The translations under genes were made by a program, and so were the position numbers. Under the pieces are notes generated by a model. That model was not told where the DNA came from. It did no database searches and saw only the letters and a list, made by a program, of their open reading frames with translations. A stretch of DNA of 64,000 nucleotides. It comes from Vicinamibacteria bacterium. Lineage in GTDB: Bacteria > Acidobacteriota > Vicinamibacteria > Marinacidobacterales > Marinacidobacteraceae. The number at the start of each line of letters is the position of its first letter. The first letter of the stretch is position 1. The DNA lies in contig OZ241322.1 of NCBI GenBank assembly GCA_965199715.1, positions 128,001-192,000 on the forward strand, read 5' to 3'. Of this stretch, positions 1 to 9,449 are shown one piece after another.

Positions 1-50
1 GGCAGCTCTTCGTCCGCACCGCCGACGCGCTCTACTGCATCGGCGACTGA
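1..50 (+). CDS. 3' end of a probable PQQ-binding-like beta-propeller protein (partial)
   Basis: Frame from nt 3 reads QLFVRTADALYCIGD*, typical of the C-terminal tail of PQQ-like/BamB propeller proteins; only 15 residues visible. Confidence 0.45.
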   Translation, partial: QLFVRTADALYCIGD

Positions 51-1924
51 GCGCGCTTACGGAGGCCGTACGCCGCCAGCAGCAGCAGGATCCCCGCGCC
101 GGCCCAGTTCGGCGCGGCCAGCAGCGCCCCGGCGTCGGGCGGCCAGAGCAGGAAGACGGTCGCGAGCAGCAGCAGCGCCCGTGAGGCGACCCCGAGCGGG
201 CCGAACAGCCAGCCAGTGAGCCCGGCGGAGAGCGTCGCCACGACGAGCGCGCCGAGCAGGAACGCCGCGACCGCCCCGGGGACGCCGCGCCCGTCGAGGA
301 TCAGCAGCAGCTCCGGCCGCCATACGAAGAAGTAGGGCAGCGCGAATCCGGTCAGCGCGAATCGGAAGGCGGTGACCGCCACCGGCAGGATCGGGGCGTT
401 CGCGATTCCCGCCGTCGTGTAGGCGGCGAGCGCGACCGGCGGGGTCACCATCGAGAGCATCCCGAAGTAGAAGATGAAGAAGTGGATCGACAGCGGCGGC
501 ACGCCGAGCTGGCCGATGATCGGGCCGATTAGAGTGGCCATCAGCAGGTAGCAGACCGCCGACGGCAGGCCCATGCCGAGCACGACCGAGCCGACCATGA
601 TGAGCAGCAGCGCCGGCAGCAGGCCGTCGCCGGCCACCGAGAGGACCGTCGCCGGAAACCGCGTCCCGAGCCCGGTCAGCGTGACCATCCCGAGGATGAT
701 CCCGACCGATCCCGCCGCGGCGACGAGCGGCGCCGCGCCGCCGGCGATCTGGCGCAACCCGTCGAGACCGCGGCTCAGGCTCGGGCGCGTCGAGGGGTGG
801 AGCGCGGCGACGACCGCGACCACGACGAGCGCCACGCTCACCGAGCGGAAGACGGTGCGTCCGGCGACGAGCGACGCGAGCAGGCTGAGCAGCCCGGCGG
901 AGAAGACGACCCCGGGCCAGATCGGTCCGCGCGCTTGTTCGGACGCAGGCGCCTCGGTCTCGCCGAACCGCTCGCGGCGCGCCTCGAGGTGGACCATCGT
1001 CAGCAGCGCGAGGTAGTAGAGGATCGACGGCAGGATCGCTGCCCGCACCACGGTGAGGAAGCTCACCGGCGGGTCCACGAGCTCCAGCATCATGTAGGCG
1101 CCCGCGCCCATGACCGGGGGCACGAGCGCCGCGCCCGAAGCCGCGGCCGCCGTGATCCCGGCGGCGGCCCGGGCGGTGAACCCGGTGCTGCGCATGAGCG
1201 GGATCGTCAGCGTGCCGGTGGTGGCCGCTCCCGCGACCGCGCTTCCCGACAGCGAACCCATGAGCGCGTTCGCGAAGACCGAGACCTTCGCCGCCCCGCC
1301 CACGCTTCCGAGGAAGAGCCGCCGCGCCGAGCGGGTGATGAACCCGGTCGCGCCGGTCTGCTGGAGCGCCGCCCCGAACGCGACGAACAGGAAGACGTAC
1401 GAGAACATCACCTTCATCGCGATCCCGAAGACGCCCTGGCTTTGCAAGAAGCCCTGCGACGCGATCCGGCTCAGCGAGTACCCCCGGTGCGGGAACAGGA
1501 GGTCCGGCATGTGGGGCCCGAGGATCGCGTGGACGAGGAAGAGGCCGGTCAGGATCGGCAGCGCCGGCCCGAGCGCCCGCCACGTCGCGAGCAGCGCCGC
1601 GCCGATCCCGAGCGTCCCGAACGCGAGGTCCATCGGGGTCTCGGCCCCCGCCCGCGCGCCGAGCGTGGTCGGCCCGAGCGCGCTCCACCAGAAGACGTAG
1701 CCCGCGGCCGCCGCCGAGGCGGCGATTCCGGCGACGTCGAGGAGCCGCAGCCAGAGCGGGTCGCCGTCCTTCCCCTTGGCGAGGAAGCACAGCGGCAGCC
1801 CGAGCAGCGCGAAGACGGCGAGCTGCGCCTGCGGCGCGAGCGAGGGCCGGTTGACCTCGACGAGGACGAACCCGGTCAGCAGAAGCGCGAGCGCCGGGAT
1901 CCCGAACCGGCGCGCGGAGCTCAG
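32..1924 (-). CDS. TRAP transporter 4TM/12TM fused permease (TAXI-associated)
   Basis: Highly hydrophobic ORF with motifs GSLSGSAVA, PPVMGAGAY, LGMGLP, TPPVALAAY. The frame stays open and hydrophobic upstream of the ATG at 1633 to a CTG at 1924 overlapping the TAXI stop; start uncertain. Confidence 0.9.
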   Translation of the reverse strand: MSSARRFGIPALALLLTGFVLVEVNRPSLAPQAQLAVFALLGLPLCFLAKGKDGDPLWLRLLDVAGIAASAAAAGYVFWWSALGPTTLGARAGAETPMDLAFGTLGIGAALLATWRALGPALPILTGLFLVHAILGPHMPDLLFPHRGYSLSRIASQGFLQSQGVFGIAMKVMFSYVFLFVAFGAALQQTGATGFITRSARRLFLGSVGGAAKVSVFANALMGSLSGSAVAGAATTGTLTIPLMRSTGFTARAAAGITAAAASGAALVPPVMGAGAYMMLELVDPPVSFLTVVRAAILPSILYYLALLTMVHLEARRERFGETEAPASEQARGPIWPGVVFSAGLLSLLASLVAGRTVFRSVSVALVVVAVVAALHPSTRPSLSRGLDGLRQIAGGAAPLVAAAGSVGIILGMVTLTGLGTRFPATVLSVAGDGLLPALLLIMVGSVVLGMGLPSAVCYLLMATLIGPIIGQLGVPPLSIHFFIFYFGMLSMVTPPVALAAYTTAGIANAPILPVAVTAFRFALTGFALPYFFVWRPELLLILDGRGVPGAVAAFLLGALVVATLSAGLTGWLFGPLGVASRALLLLATVFLLWPPDAGALLAAPNWAGAGILLLLAAYGLRKRAQSPMQ

Positions 1925-2868
1925 GAGCCCGGCCAGATCCCGGCTTCCCGGTAGTACCGCTCCGCCCCCGGATGGAAGGGGACGCCGGTGCTGCGCACGG
2001 CGTTGTCAGCGCGGATGGAGCGCCCCGCCGGATGCTTGGTCGCGACGTCCTCGCGGGCCTCCCACAGCGTCCGGGTGATCCGGTAGATCAGCTCGGGATC
2101 CGCGTCGGCGCGGGTGATGAGGTGCATGGATCCCACGTCGAGTCCGAGGTAGTCCTCGTCCTGGTTCCGGTAGGTCCCCGCCGGGACCACCGCGGGCCGG
2201 TAGAACGGGTACTCGTCGGGAAGCGCGTCCCGGACCGCGGGATCGAGCGGCACGAGGCGGACGTCCATTCCCGAGGCGGCCTGCACGATCGAGGCGGTGG
2301 GGACCGCGCCGCCGAGGAAGGCGGCCTGGGCGGAGCCGTCGGTGAGCATGTCCACCGCGCCCGCCTGGGTGTTGTACAGCGGCACGAAGTCCTGGTAGCC
2401 GACCCCGTGCGCCTCGACGATCGGGCGGATGAAGTGCTCGAACCCGGCGCCGGCCACGCCGACCACGACCCGCCGCCCGGCGAGGTCGGAGAGCCCCGCG
2501 ATCCCGTGGCGGACCGGCGCGACGAAGGTCGCCACGTTCGGGGCGAGGGTCATGACCGCCTGCACCGGATACGCCTGGCCCCAGCCGTCCTCGCCGCGCG
2601 ACGCGAAGTAGGTGACAGCGGCGTTCGAGAGCGCCAGATCCAGCTCGCCCCGGCTGAGGCGGCGGATGTTCTCGCCCGAGCCCTTGGTCGCCTCGGCGGT
2701 GATCTCGAACTCGCCGGACTCCTGGAGCACCTCGGCGAGCGCCCCCGCGACCACGAAGAACGCCCCGCCGGGAGGGGCGCCGCCGAGGCTCAGGAAGCGG
2801 TTCGTCGAGTCCCCGCCGACTCCGCAACTCGCGGCCAGAAGCAGGAGGGCGGGGGCGATTCGGGTCAT
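1921..2868 (-). CDS. TAXI family TRAP solute-binding lipoprotein
   Basis: Lipobox-like AASC, GGAPPGGAFF, ATKGSGENI and C-terminal PFHPGAERYY motifs; directly upstream of the permease. Alternative ATG at 2883. Confidence 0.9.
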   Translation of the reverse strand: MTRIAPALLLLAASCGVGGDSTNRFLSLGGAPPGGAFFVVAGALAEVLQESGEFEITAEATKGSGENIRRLSRGELDLALSNAAVTYFASRGEDGWGQAYPVQAVMTLAPNVATFVAPVRHGIAGLSDLAGRRVVVGVAGAGFEHFIRPIVEAHGVGYQDFVPLYNTQAGAVDMLTDGSAQAAFLGGAVPTASIVQAASGMDVRLVPLDPAVRDALPDEYPFYRPAVVPAGTYRNQDEDYLGLDVGSMHLITRADADPELIYRITRTLWEAREDVATKHPAGRSIRADNAVRSTGVPFHPGAERYYREAGIWPGS

Positions 2869-2899
2869 GCGCCCCGGAAGCATATAAACTCACAATGAC

Positions 2900-3532
2900 G
2901 TGCTTCTGCGCCAGTCGGACCAGGACGCCATTCGCAAGCTGCTCGCCCAGCTTCCGGGGCCGGTGACCCTCACGCTGCGAACGATCCGCGAGGGCGAGTG
3001 CCGCTCCTGCCCGACGACCGAGCAGTTGCTGCAGGAGGTCGCGGAGCTCTCCCCGAACGTCCGCGTCGAGATCGAGGAGGCGGAGGCGCCCGAGGAGCCG
3101 GCCCCGGTCATCACGCTCACCGGCGCCGCCGCCGGCCGGGTCCGCTTCCTCGGGCTGCCCGAGGGGCACGAGTTCGCTTCGCTCCTCGACGCGATGCGGC
3201 GGGTCGCGGGCGAGCCGCTCACGCTCGGCGACGCGACGAGGGACGCGCTCGCCGGACTCCGGCGGCCGGCGCACGTCCGCGTCTTCGCCACCCCCAATTG
3301 ACCGTATTGCCCCCCGGCGGCCGGTCTGGCCGTCCAGTTCGCGGTCGCGAGCGAGAAGGTCTCGACCGACGTGGTGCTGGCGCGGGACTACCCGGGGCTG
3401 GCCCGGCGGTATCGGCTCAGTTCGGTGCCGCTGACCGTGATCGAGTCGGAGGGAGCCTCGCGCAGCGTCCTCGGCGCGCGGCCGGAGGCGGACTTCCGCG
3501 ACGCCCTGCTGGAGGCCGACGGCGATGCCTGA
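2900..3532 (+). CDS. Protein-disulfide oxidoreductase (AhpF-N/PDO-like, two thioredoxin folds), probable selenoprotein with in-frame TGA at 3299-3301
   Basis: N-terminal CRSC motif; second fold reads VFATPN-TGA-PYC and the frame continues 76 codons (YRLSSVPLTVI, cis-Pro motif) to TGA at 3530-3532, overlapping the next ATG; hairpin downstream of the TGA. Confidence 0.8.
3316..3334 (+). promoter_or_regulatory. Candidate bacterial SECIS hairpin
   Basis: GGCGGCC-GGTCT-GGCCGTC stem-loop beginning about 15 nt after the in-frame UGA, with G in the apical loop. Confidence 0.5.
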
Positions 3533-4973
3533 ACTGACCCGACGCGCGGCGCTCGCGCTCCTGGGCGCCTCGCCGGCCTCGCTAGCCCGTTCGGCGCCGT
3601 TCCCCGAAGACTCGGTCGGCGACCTCGGGCGGAGGATCCACGGCGTCCGCCGCCGGTTCGGCCTGAACCGGGCGATCGGCGTCCACGTCCGCCATCTCGA
3701 GTCCGGGACCGAACTCTTCAGCCACAACGCCGACCGGACCTACATCCCGGCGTCGGGCATGAAGCTGCCGGTGATGGGGGCGTGCCTCCACTACCTCGGG
3801 CCGTCGTACCGCTTTCCGACGCGGTTCTACGTGGACGCGCCGCCCGACGCGGATGGGGTGATCCACGGGCCGGTCCACGTCGTCGGCTGCGGCGATCCGT
3901 CCATCACCCGCCACGACATGGACTTCATCGCCGACTCGCTCGCCGCCGCCGGAATCACGGAAGTGCGGGGCGGCGTGCTCCTCGACGACGGGTTCTTCGA
4001 GGCGCAGGAGGAGGACCAGCCGCGGATCGCCCGCATGATGGCCAAGCGACTGCCGATCCAGAGCGCGCTCGGCTACATGTGGAACCGGGTCGAGGTGGCG
4101 GGCGTGCCGGGCGAGGGAAACCGGCCCGACGTCCGCGACGAGGGCCACGGGTACTACGAGCTCGACAACCGCATGGTGCTGCGCAACTCCGGGCGCCCCT
4201 ACATCCTCGTCCAACGCCGGGGCAGGCGGCGCGCGCGCATCCAGGGGCGCATCCGCCGGGGCGGAAGCGAGCGGGTGGCGCGGTTCACCGCGACCGAGCC
4301 GGCGCTCTACTTCGGCTACGCCTTCCAGGGCAAGCTCGCGGAGCGCGGGATCGTCGTCCACGGCGAGCCCGAACGGAAGGCGCTGCCGAATCCGCGCGAG
4401 AAGCTGCTCCTGTACCGACACGAGTCGGCGTCGCTGCCGCAGGTGCTGGAGGCGCTCGGCAAGTACAGCAACAACTGGTCCTCCGAGCAGTTGCTCTTCG
4501 TCGCCGGCGCGCACCGCTGGGGGCCGCCCGGAACGGTCGAAAAGGGCGCGGCGGCGCTCGAGGAGTACATCGTCGGCCTCGGGTTCCCGGCCAGCACCTT
4601 CAAGATCGCCGACGGCTCCGGGCTCTCCCGCGAGAACAAGCTGAGCGCGCGGATCCTCGTGGCCATCGTGCGCGACCTCTACCGCCCGCCCGAGCTCCGC
4701 TCCGACTTCCTCTGCTCGCTCGCGGTCTCCGGCGTGGACGGCACGCTCGCCCGCCGCATGCGCTCCCGGAACACGCTCGGCCAGGTCATGGCCAAGACCG
4801 GCAGCCTCAACGGCGTGAGCTCGCTCTCCGGCGTGGCGTTCCCGCACGGGCCGCAGGATCGGGCGCTCGGGTTCTCGGTCGTGACGAACGGCGTGCGCCA
4901 GAGCAGCGGCGACGCGGTCGAGAACGTGATCGCGGGCGAGCTGGTGAGCTGGGCGAGCGACCTGACCACCTGA
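3525..4973 (+). CDS. dacB: D-alanyl-D-alanine carboxypeptidase/endopeptidase (PBP4, peptidase S13)
   Basis: PASGMK (SxxK), SNN (SxN), DGSGLSREN and AKTG motifs; Tat-like TRRAAL leader. Confidence 0.9.
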   Translation: MPELTRRAALALLGASPASLARSAPFPEDSVGDLGRRIHGVRRRFGLNRAIGVHVRHLESGTELFSHNADRTYIPASGMKLPVMGACLHYLGPSYRFPTRFYVDAPPDADGVIHGPVHVVGCGDPSITRHDMDFIADSLAAAGITEVRGGVLLDDGFFEAQEEDQPRIARMMAKRLPIQSALGYMWNRVEVAGVPGEGNRPDVRDEGHGYYELDNRMVLRNSGRPYILVQRRGRRRARIQGRIRRGGSERVARFTATEPALYFGYAFQGKLAERGIVVHGEPERKALPNPREKLLLYRHESASLPQVLEALGKYSNNWSSEQLLFVAGAHRWGPPGTVEKGAAALEEYIVGLGFPASTFKIADGSGLSRENKLSARILVAIVRDLYRPPELRSDFLCSLAVSGVDGTLARRMRSRNTLGQVMAKTGSLNGVSSLSGVAFPHGPQDRALGFSVVTNGVRQSSGDAVENVIAGELVSWASDLTT

Positions 4974-5966
4974 GTGCGGGGCGTCCCGGGCCTCGATCCG
5001 CCCGAGTACTGCGACTGGAAGCCGGACCCCGACGCGGTCCGGGAGTTCCGCGACAACGCCGGCGACGCGGACGACGCCGACTTCCTCGGGCTGTACCGGG
5101 GGCTCGTGCGGAATCGGCTCCACGACCGCCAGCTCAAGCGGTGGGTGCGGTCGGGCCGGCTCTCGAAGGCGTGGCTCGGGACCGGGGAGGAGGCGGTCAC
5201 CGTCGGGGCCTGCCACGCGCTCGGCCCCCGGGACGCGGTCGGGCCGATGATCCGCAACGCGGGAGCCGCGCGAGAGCGGGGCATGCCGCTCGTCGAGATG
5301 TTCCGGGGCGCGCTCGGGGACCTCGACGGTCCCGCCTGCGGGCGCGACCTCCATTTCGGCGACCTCGACCGGGGCGTGGTCGCGCCCATCAGCATGGTCG
5401 GGTCGCTCGTCCCGGTGCTGGCCGGGATGGCGCTCGCCTATCGGCTGCGGGGCGAGGACCGGGCCGGCCTCACGTGGGTCGGCGACGGGACCACCGGAAC
5501 CGCCGGATTCCACGAAGGGCTCACGTCGGCGGTCGCGCTCGGGGCGCCGCTGATCGTCGTGATCCAGAACAACCGGGTCGCGCTCGGAACCCGGACGCCC
5601 GAGGACGCGCCCTTCGCCGCGCTCGGGGCGGCGTACGGAGTTGCGTCGCTGGAAGTGGACGGCAACCATGTCCTCGACGTGCTCCGGGGCGTGCGCCGCG
5701 CGCGGGAGCGATGCCTTGCCGACGCGCGTCCGGCGCTCGTCGTGGCGAGCACGTTCCGGATGGGCGGGCACGCGACGCACGACGAGGCCGAGGCGCGAGC
5801 GCTGTTTCCCCCGGAGGTCTTCCGGTGGTGGGGAAGCCGCGACCCGGTGCGCCAGTACCGGCACTGGCTCGTCGAGGAGGGCCGCGCCGATGAGGCGGCG
5901 GTGGAGGCCGTCGAGCGCGAGGTCGAGGCGGAGGTCGAGGCGGCGGCGAGCGAGGCGTCAGGGTAG
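4974..5966 (+). CDS. ThDP-dependent 2-oxoacid dehydrogenase E1 alpha subunit
   Basis: GDG...FHE...QNN ThDP motif, VDGN, FRMGGHATHD, RDP. Confidence 0.85.
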   Translation: MRGVPGLDPPEYCDWKPDPDAVREFRDNAGDADDADFLGLYRGLVRNRLHDRQLKRWVRSGRLSKAWLGTGEEAVTVGACHALGPRDAVGPMIRNAGAARERGMPLVEMFRGALGDLDGPACGRDLHFGDLDRGVVAPISMVGSLVPVLAGMALAYRLRGEDRAGLTWVGDGTTGTAGFHEGLTSAVALGAPLIVVIQNNRVALGTRTPEDAPFAALGAAYGVASLEVDGNHVLDVLRGVRRARERCLADARPALVVASTFRMGGHATHDEAEARALFPPEVFRWWGSRDPVRQYRHWLVEEGRADEAAVEAVEREVEAEVEAAASEASG

Positions 5967-6413
5967 GGGGAGGACGACCAGGTCGATCCAGACCCCGCGC
6001 CGGGGCTCGAAGTCCCGGTCGGTCGTGACGAGGGTGGCGCCGGTGACGCGAGCCGTAGCCGCGAGCCAGATCTCGTTCTTGCCGAGATTGCGGGCGGGTT
6101 TCCACGGCGGCTCCCCGGCCGGACCGGGGATCTTCCCCTCGAGCCATGCGTCGATTTCGGCGTATGTCTCAAGAAGACCAGGTTCGAGAGGGAGCATCTG
6201 GGCCCGATCGAGCATCTGTTGAATCCTCCGACGTTTGCCGTCGCCTCAGTGGCGTTTGTGCGCGAGGGCGAGGAGTTCGCCATGGCACACGATCGAGAAG
6301 TACTTGCCGACGTTTTCGGCCTAGCCGTTCGTGTCGCGCAGGGCGGGCCACGGCTTGCCGCGCACCAGTTCCAGGAGAAGCCCGCTGTCGAGGACGAACC
6401 GCCCCGCGGTCAA
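5958..6413 (-). pseudogene. PIN-domain (VapC-like) nuclease pseudogene
   Basis: From TTG 6413: RFVLDSGLLL...SIVCHGELL...GKNEIWLAATA...LVTTDRDF in one frame, interrupted by TAG (6321-6323) and TGA (6246-6248). Confidence 0.8.
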
Positions 6414-6977
6414 CGAAGCTCAGCGTGAAGTTCCGCGAAGTCTTCCGTGCCCGGCCACGGCTCGTCGAACCGGGGCGGGAAGCGATACGGATCCTCGGGA
6501 TCCCGCTTCGGAAGCAGCGGACGCTGACCTTTTTCTCGATTGGGAAGCGAGCGGAACAACGCGTCCCGCTCCTGCGCCTGCTTTCGCGAGTTCGCCTGCG
6601 GCCTTGAGGACCGCGCTGTCGAAGCGGCCCATGTCCGCGACTGCGGACGCGGCCAGATGGATCGCCGTGCCGCCAAGTGTCCGCCGCCGGGAAACGCTCG
6701 CGAGCCATCTCCAGCCTCGGGGCGCTCAGTTCGACGATCGTGGAGCCGCTGGGAGTTCCGTCAGTTCGAAGTCCACGAGCTTCCTCAGCCAGTCCGGCGA
6801 GGGCCCGCGTCGCGCTCCCGAACCGGTCACGACGAAGCGGGCCGCCGTGTCGGCGGTCGCCCGCAGCGTGTCCACCAGTCGAACGAGCTCGAGCCAACCG
6901 ATCATCCCCGGCGCGCGCACCGATCCCCGGAACTCAAGCGAACGATGCGCCCGCGGCGCTTCACCCATCGCCCGCAT
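6410..6977 (-). pseudogene. Frameshifted hypothetical gene upstream of the PIN gene (copy 1)
   Basis: Fragments WLRKLVDFEL, GSTIVELSAPRL, MGRFDSAVLKAAGELAKAG and DEPWPGTEDFAELHAELR lie in different frames; its stop overlaps the PIN start. Confidence 0.6.
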
Positions 6978-6978
6978 C

Positions 6979-7772
6979 CTACTCCTTCAGCTCGGCGTGC
7001 ATCTCCAGCATCTCCTCACGGGACCACGGCTCGTCGTCCGGGGGGAGCCGGGGCAGCGGCCCCGTCCGGAAGTACGCGTCGAAGCGTTCCCGCTTCCGCC
7101 GTCGTTCGTCGGGAGGCGAGCGGAACGGCTCGCTCCGGCTCCGGCTCGACGCCGCCGGCCTCGACCGTTCGCGCGCCGCCGTCGCGTGAAGAGCCGGTCA
7201 CGGTGACGGCCTTGCCCTACAAGCCGCGCAGGGACTCCACGTCCACTCCCCCGAGCTTCACGCGCAGCGGGGAGCCGGAGTCCACCACCAACAAGCACTC
7301 GCGCCTGCCGTAGTCGATCTCGTCGAGCCGCCCGGTGATTGCGCACGGGCGGGGCGGGGGGATCGATGGACTGGCGAACCGGGTCGAGCGCCTTCAGCCG
7401 CCACCTGACGCCCGCCTTCGCGAGTTCGCTCGCGGCCTTCAGGACGGCTTGGTCGAAGCGGCCCATGTTCGCGATGGCCAGCGCCGCAAGATCGATGGCC
7501 GTGTCGTCGAGGTCGGACTCGGGGAAGCGCTCCCGGGCCGCCGCCAGTCTCGGGGCGGTCAGTTCGAGGGAACCGCGGCGAAGCCCGGCGGCCTCGAAGT
7601 CCACGAGCTTCCTCGGCCAGGCCGACGCCGGCCCCGGCCGCGCTCCTGAACCAGTGGCCGTGAAGCAGGCAGCCCGTTCGGCGGTCTTCCGCAGCGCCTC
7701 CCCGACCCGGGCGAGTTCGCTCCACCCGCCGCCGTCCATCTCCAGCGCGTAGCGCGCCCGCGTCCCGTCCAC
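6979..7772 (-). pseudogene. Frameshifted paralog of the 6410-6977 gene (copy 2)
   Basis: Fragments WPRKLVDFEA, GSLELTAPRL, MGRFDQAVLKAASELAKAG and DEPWSREEMLEMHAELKE* match copy 1 but need frameshifts. Confidence 0.6.
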
Positions 7773-7789
7773 CGTCGGGCGTCCTACCC

Positions 7790-9205
7790 TCAGACCGGGG
7801 GGAGCTCCTCGTGGAAATTCGTCCGCGCCTCGATGGCGTGGGCGACCTGGAGAATGCGCGCCTCGGCGAACGGCGGGCCGTAGATCTGGAGCGCGAGCGG
7901 CAACCTCGGCTCGCCGGCGGTGAACCCGCAGCCCATCGTAAGCGCCGGAACGCCGGTCATGTTGCCGATGAAGGTCGTTCCAGGACGGGTCGTCATCCCG
8001 TCAGGATCGCGTCCTTCGGGCACGTCGCTGCGCGCCTCGTCGGGGGTTCGCAGCCGTCCCGCGGGCGCGAGCGCGCCGGGAACGATCATCACGTCGCAAT
8101 CCTCGAACGCCGCAGCCATCTCGCGCTTCAGGATCGTGCGCACCCGCAGCGCCTTGATGTAGTCGGTCGCCGAGTAGAACCTGGCCACCTCCAGCCGCTC
8201 GCGCACCAGGGGATCCAGTAGCTCGGGCGTTTCGGCGAGGCGCTTCTCGTGGAACGTCGTCGCTTCCGCCATCGCGACGATCCAGCCCGCGGTTCCGGCG
8301 AGGTCGGCGTGGGGGATCGAGACCTCGACGGTCGTTGCGCCGTCGTCTTCGAGAAGCCCGATCGCGCTCTCGACGGCGGCCCGCACCTCGTCGGTCGCTC
8401 CTTCGAACATGCCGACCCCGATGCGCAGGCCTCGGACCCCGGGCGCGAGCGCCGCGAGGTAGTCGGGGACGGGTTCGTCCGCCGCCGTCGGGTCCAGGGG
8501 ATCGGGGCCGGCGAGAACCTGGAGCATGGCCGCTGCGTCGTGCGCGGTGCGGGTCATCGGCCCGGCGTGGTCGAGCGTCCAGCTCAGGGTCGTGACCCCG
8601 TAGCGGCTGATCCGCCCGTAGGTCTGCTTCAGGCCGACCACGCCGCACGCGGCCGCCGGTCCCCGGATCGAGCCGCCGGTGTCGGTGCCGATGGAGAGCG
8701 GAACGAACCGGGCGGCGAGCGCGGCGCCGGAGCCGGACGACGAGCCGGACGGCGAGTGATCGGTCGCCCAGGGGTTGCGGGCGGGGCCGAAGCCGGAGAG
8801 GACGCCGCTCCCCATCGCGAACTCCAGCAAGTTCAGTTTCCCGATCAGGATCGCCCCGGCGTCGTCCAGCCGCCTCGTGATGGTCGAGTCGTAGTCGGGA
8901 ACCCAGTCGGCGGTCGCCTGCGAGCCGTTCGTCGTCAGGATCCCGCACGTCGCGAGGATGTCCTTCGGCGCGTAGGGAACGCCGTGCAGCGGGCTCCGGA
9001 GGTCCCCGGCGCGGATCTCGGCCTCGGCCCGGCGCGCCCGCTCCCGCGCATGGTCCGCCGTCACCGTGATGAACGAGTGGATCGCCGGGTCCGCCGCCTC
9101 GATATGGGCGAGATGGGCCTCCACCACCTCGACCGGCGAGAGCTCGCCCGACCGGTAGCGCTCGGCGAGCGCCCGCGCGCTCAGCCGGCAGAGTTCGGGG
9201 ATCAC
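7790..9205 (-). CDS. Amidase signature family protein (GatA/AtzE-like)
   Basis: LHGVPYAPKD, SGSSSGSGAA, GTDTGGSIRGPA catalytic motifs. Confidence 0.92.
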   Translation of the reverse strand: MIPELCRLSARALAERYRSGELSPVEVVEAHLAHIEAADPAIHSFITVTADHARERARRAEAEIRAGDLRSPLHGVPYAPKDILATCGILTTNGSQATADWVPDYDSTITRRLDDAGAILIGKLNLLEFAMGSGVLSGFGPARNPWATDHSPSGSSSGSGAALAARFVPLSIGTDTGGSIRGPAAACGVVGLKQTYGRISRYGVTTLSWTLDHAGPMTRTAHDAAAMLQVLAGPDPLDPTAADEPVPDYLAALAPGVRGLRIGVGMFEGATDEVRAAVESAIGLLEDDGATTVEVSIPHADLAGTAGWIVAMAEATTFHEKRLAETPELLDPLVRERLEVARFYSATDYIKALRVRTILKREMAAAFEDCDVMIVPGALAPAGRLRTPDEARSDVPEGRDPDGMTTRPGTTFIGNMTGVPALTMGCGFTAGEPRLPLALQIYGPPFAEARILQVAHAIEARTNFHEELPPV

Positions 9206-9444
9206 CGCGCCGTGAAGCGGACCGCCGGCTCCACGAGGTCGTCGATCTCGAGTTCGCGGACGCCCCGGAAGAAGGCCCGGTTCATGCGGAAGGCCGGGAC
9301 GATCGCCCGAACGCGCTCGCGCGGGAGGGGCCGGTGGTGGAGCCGGTTCGCGCGGTCGAGTTCGGACTCGGGGGAGCCCGGACCGCAGGCGAGCGGGAGC
9401 GCCGCGACGCCGCCCAGAAGCGCGCGGCGGGTCAGGTCGGCCAC
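9202..9444 (-). CDS. Small Tat-signal (lipo)protein, possible GatC/AtzG-like amidase partner
   Basis: TRRALL twin-arginine motif, LAC lipobox, C-terminal EPAVRF; stop overlaps the amidase start (GTGA). Confidence 0.6.
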   Translation of the reverse strand: MADLTRRALLGGVAALPLACGPGSPESELDRANRLHHRPLPRERVRAIVPAFRMNRAFFRGVRELEIDDLVEPAVRFTAR

Positions 9445-9449
9445 GGCGG

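Noticed and set aside
6246-6323. Stop-codon recoding (Sec/Pyl) in the PIN gene
   Set aside because: Two different stops at non-catalytic positions with frameshifted neighbours point to simple decay.
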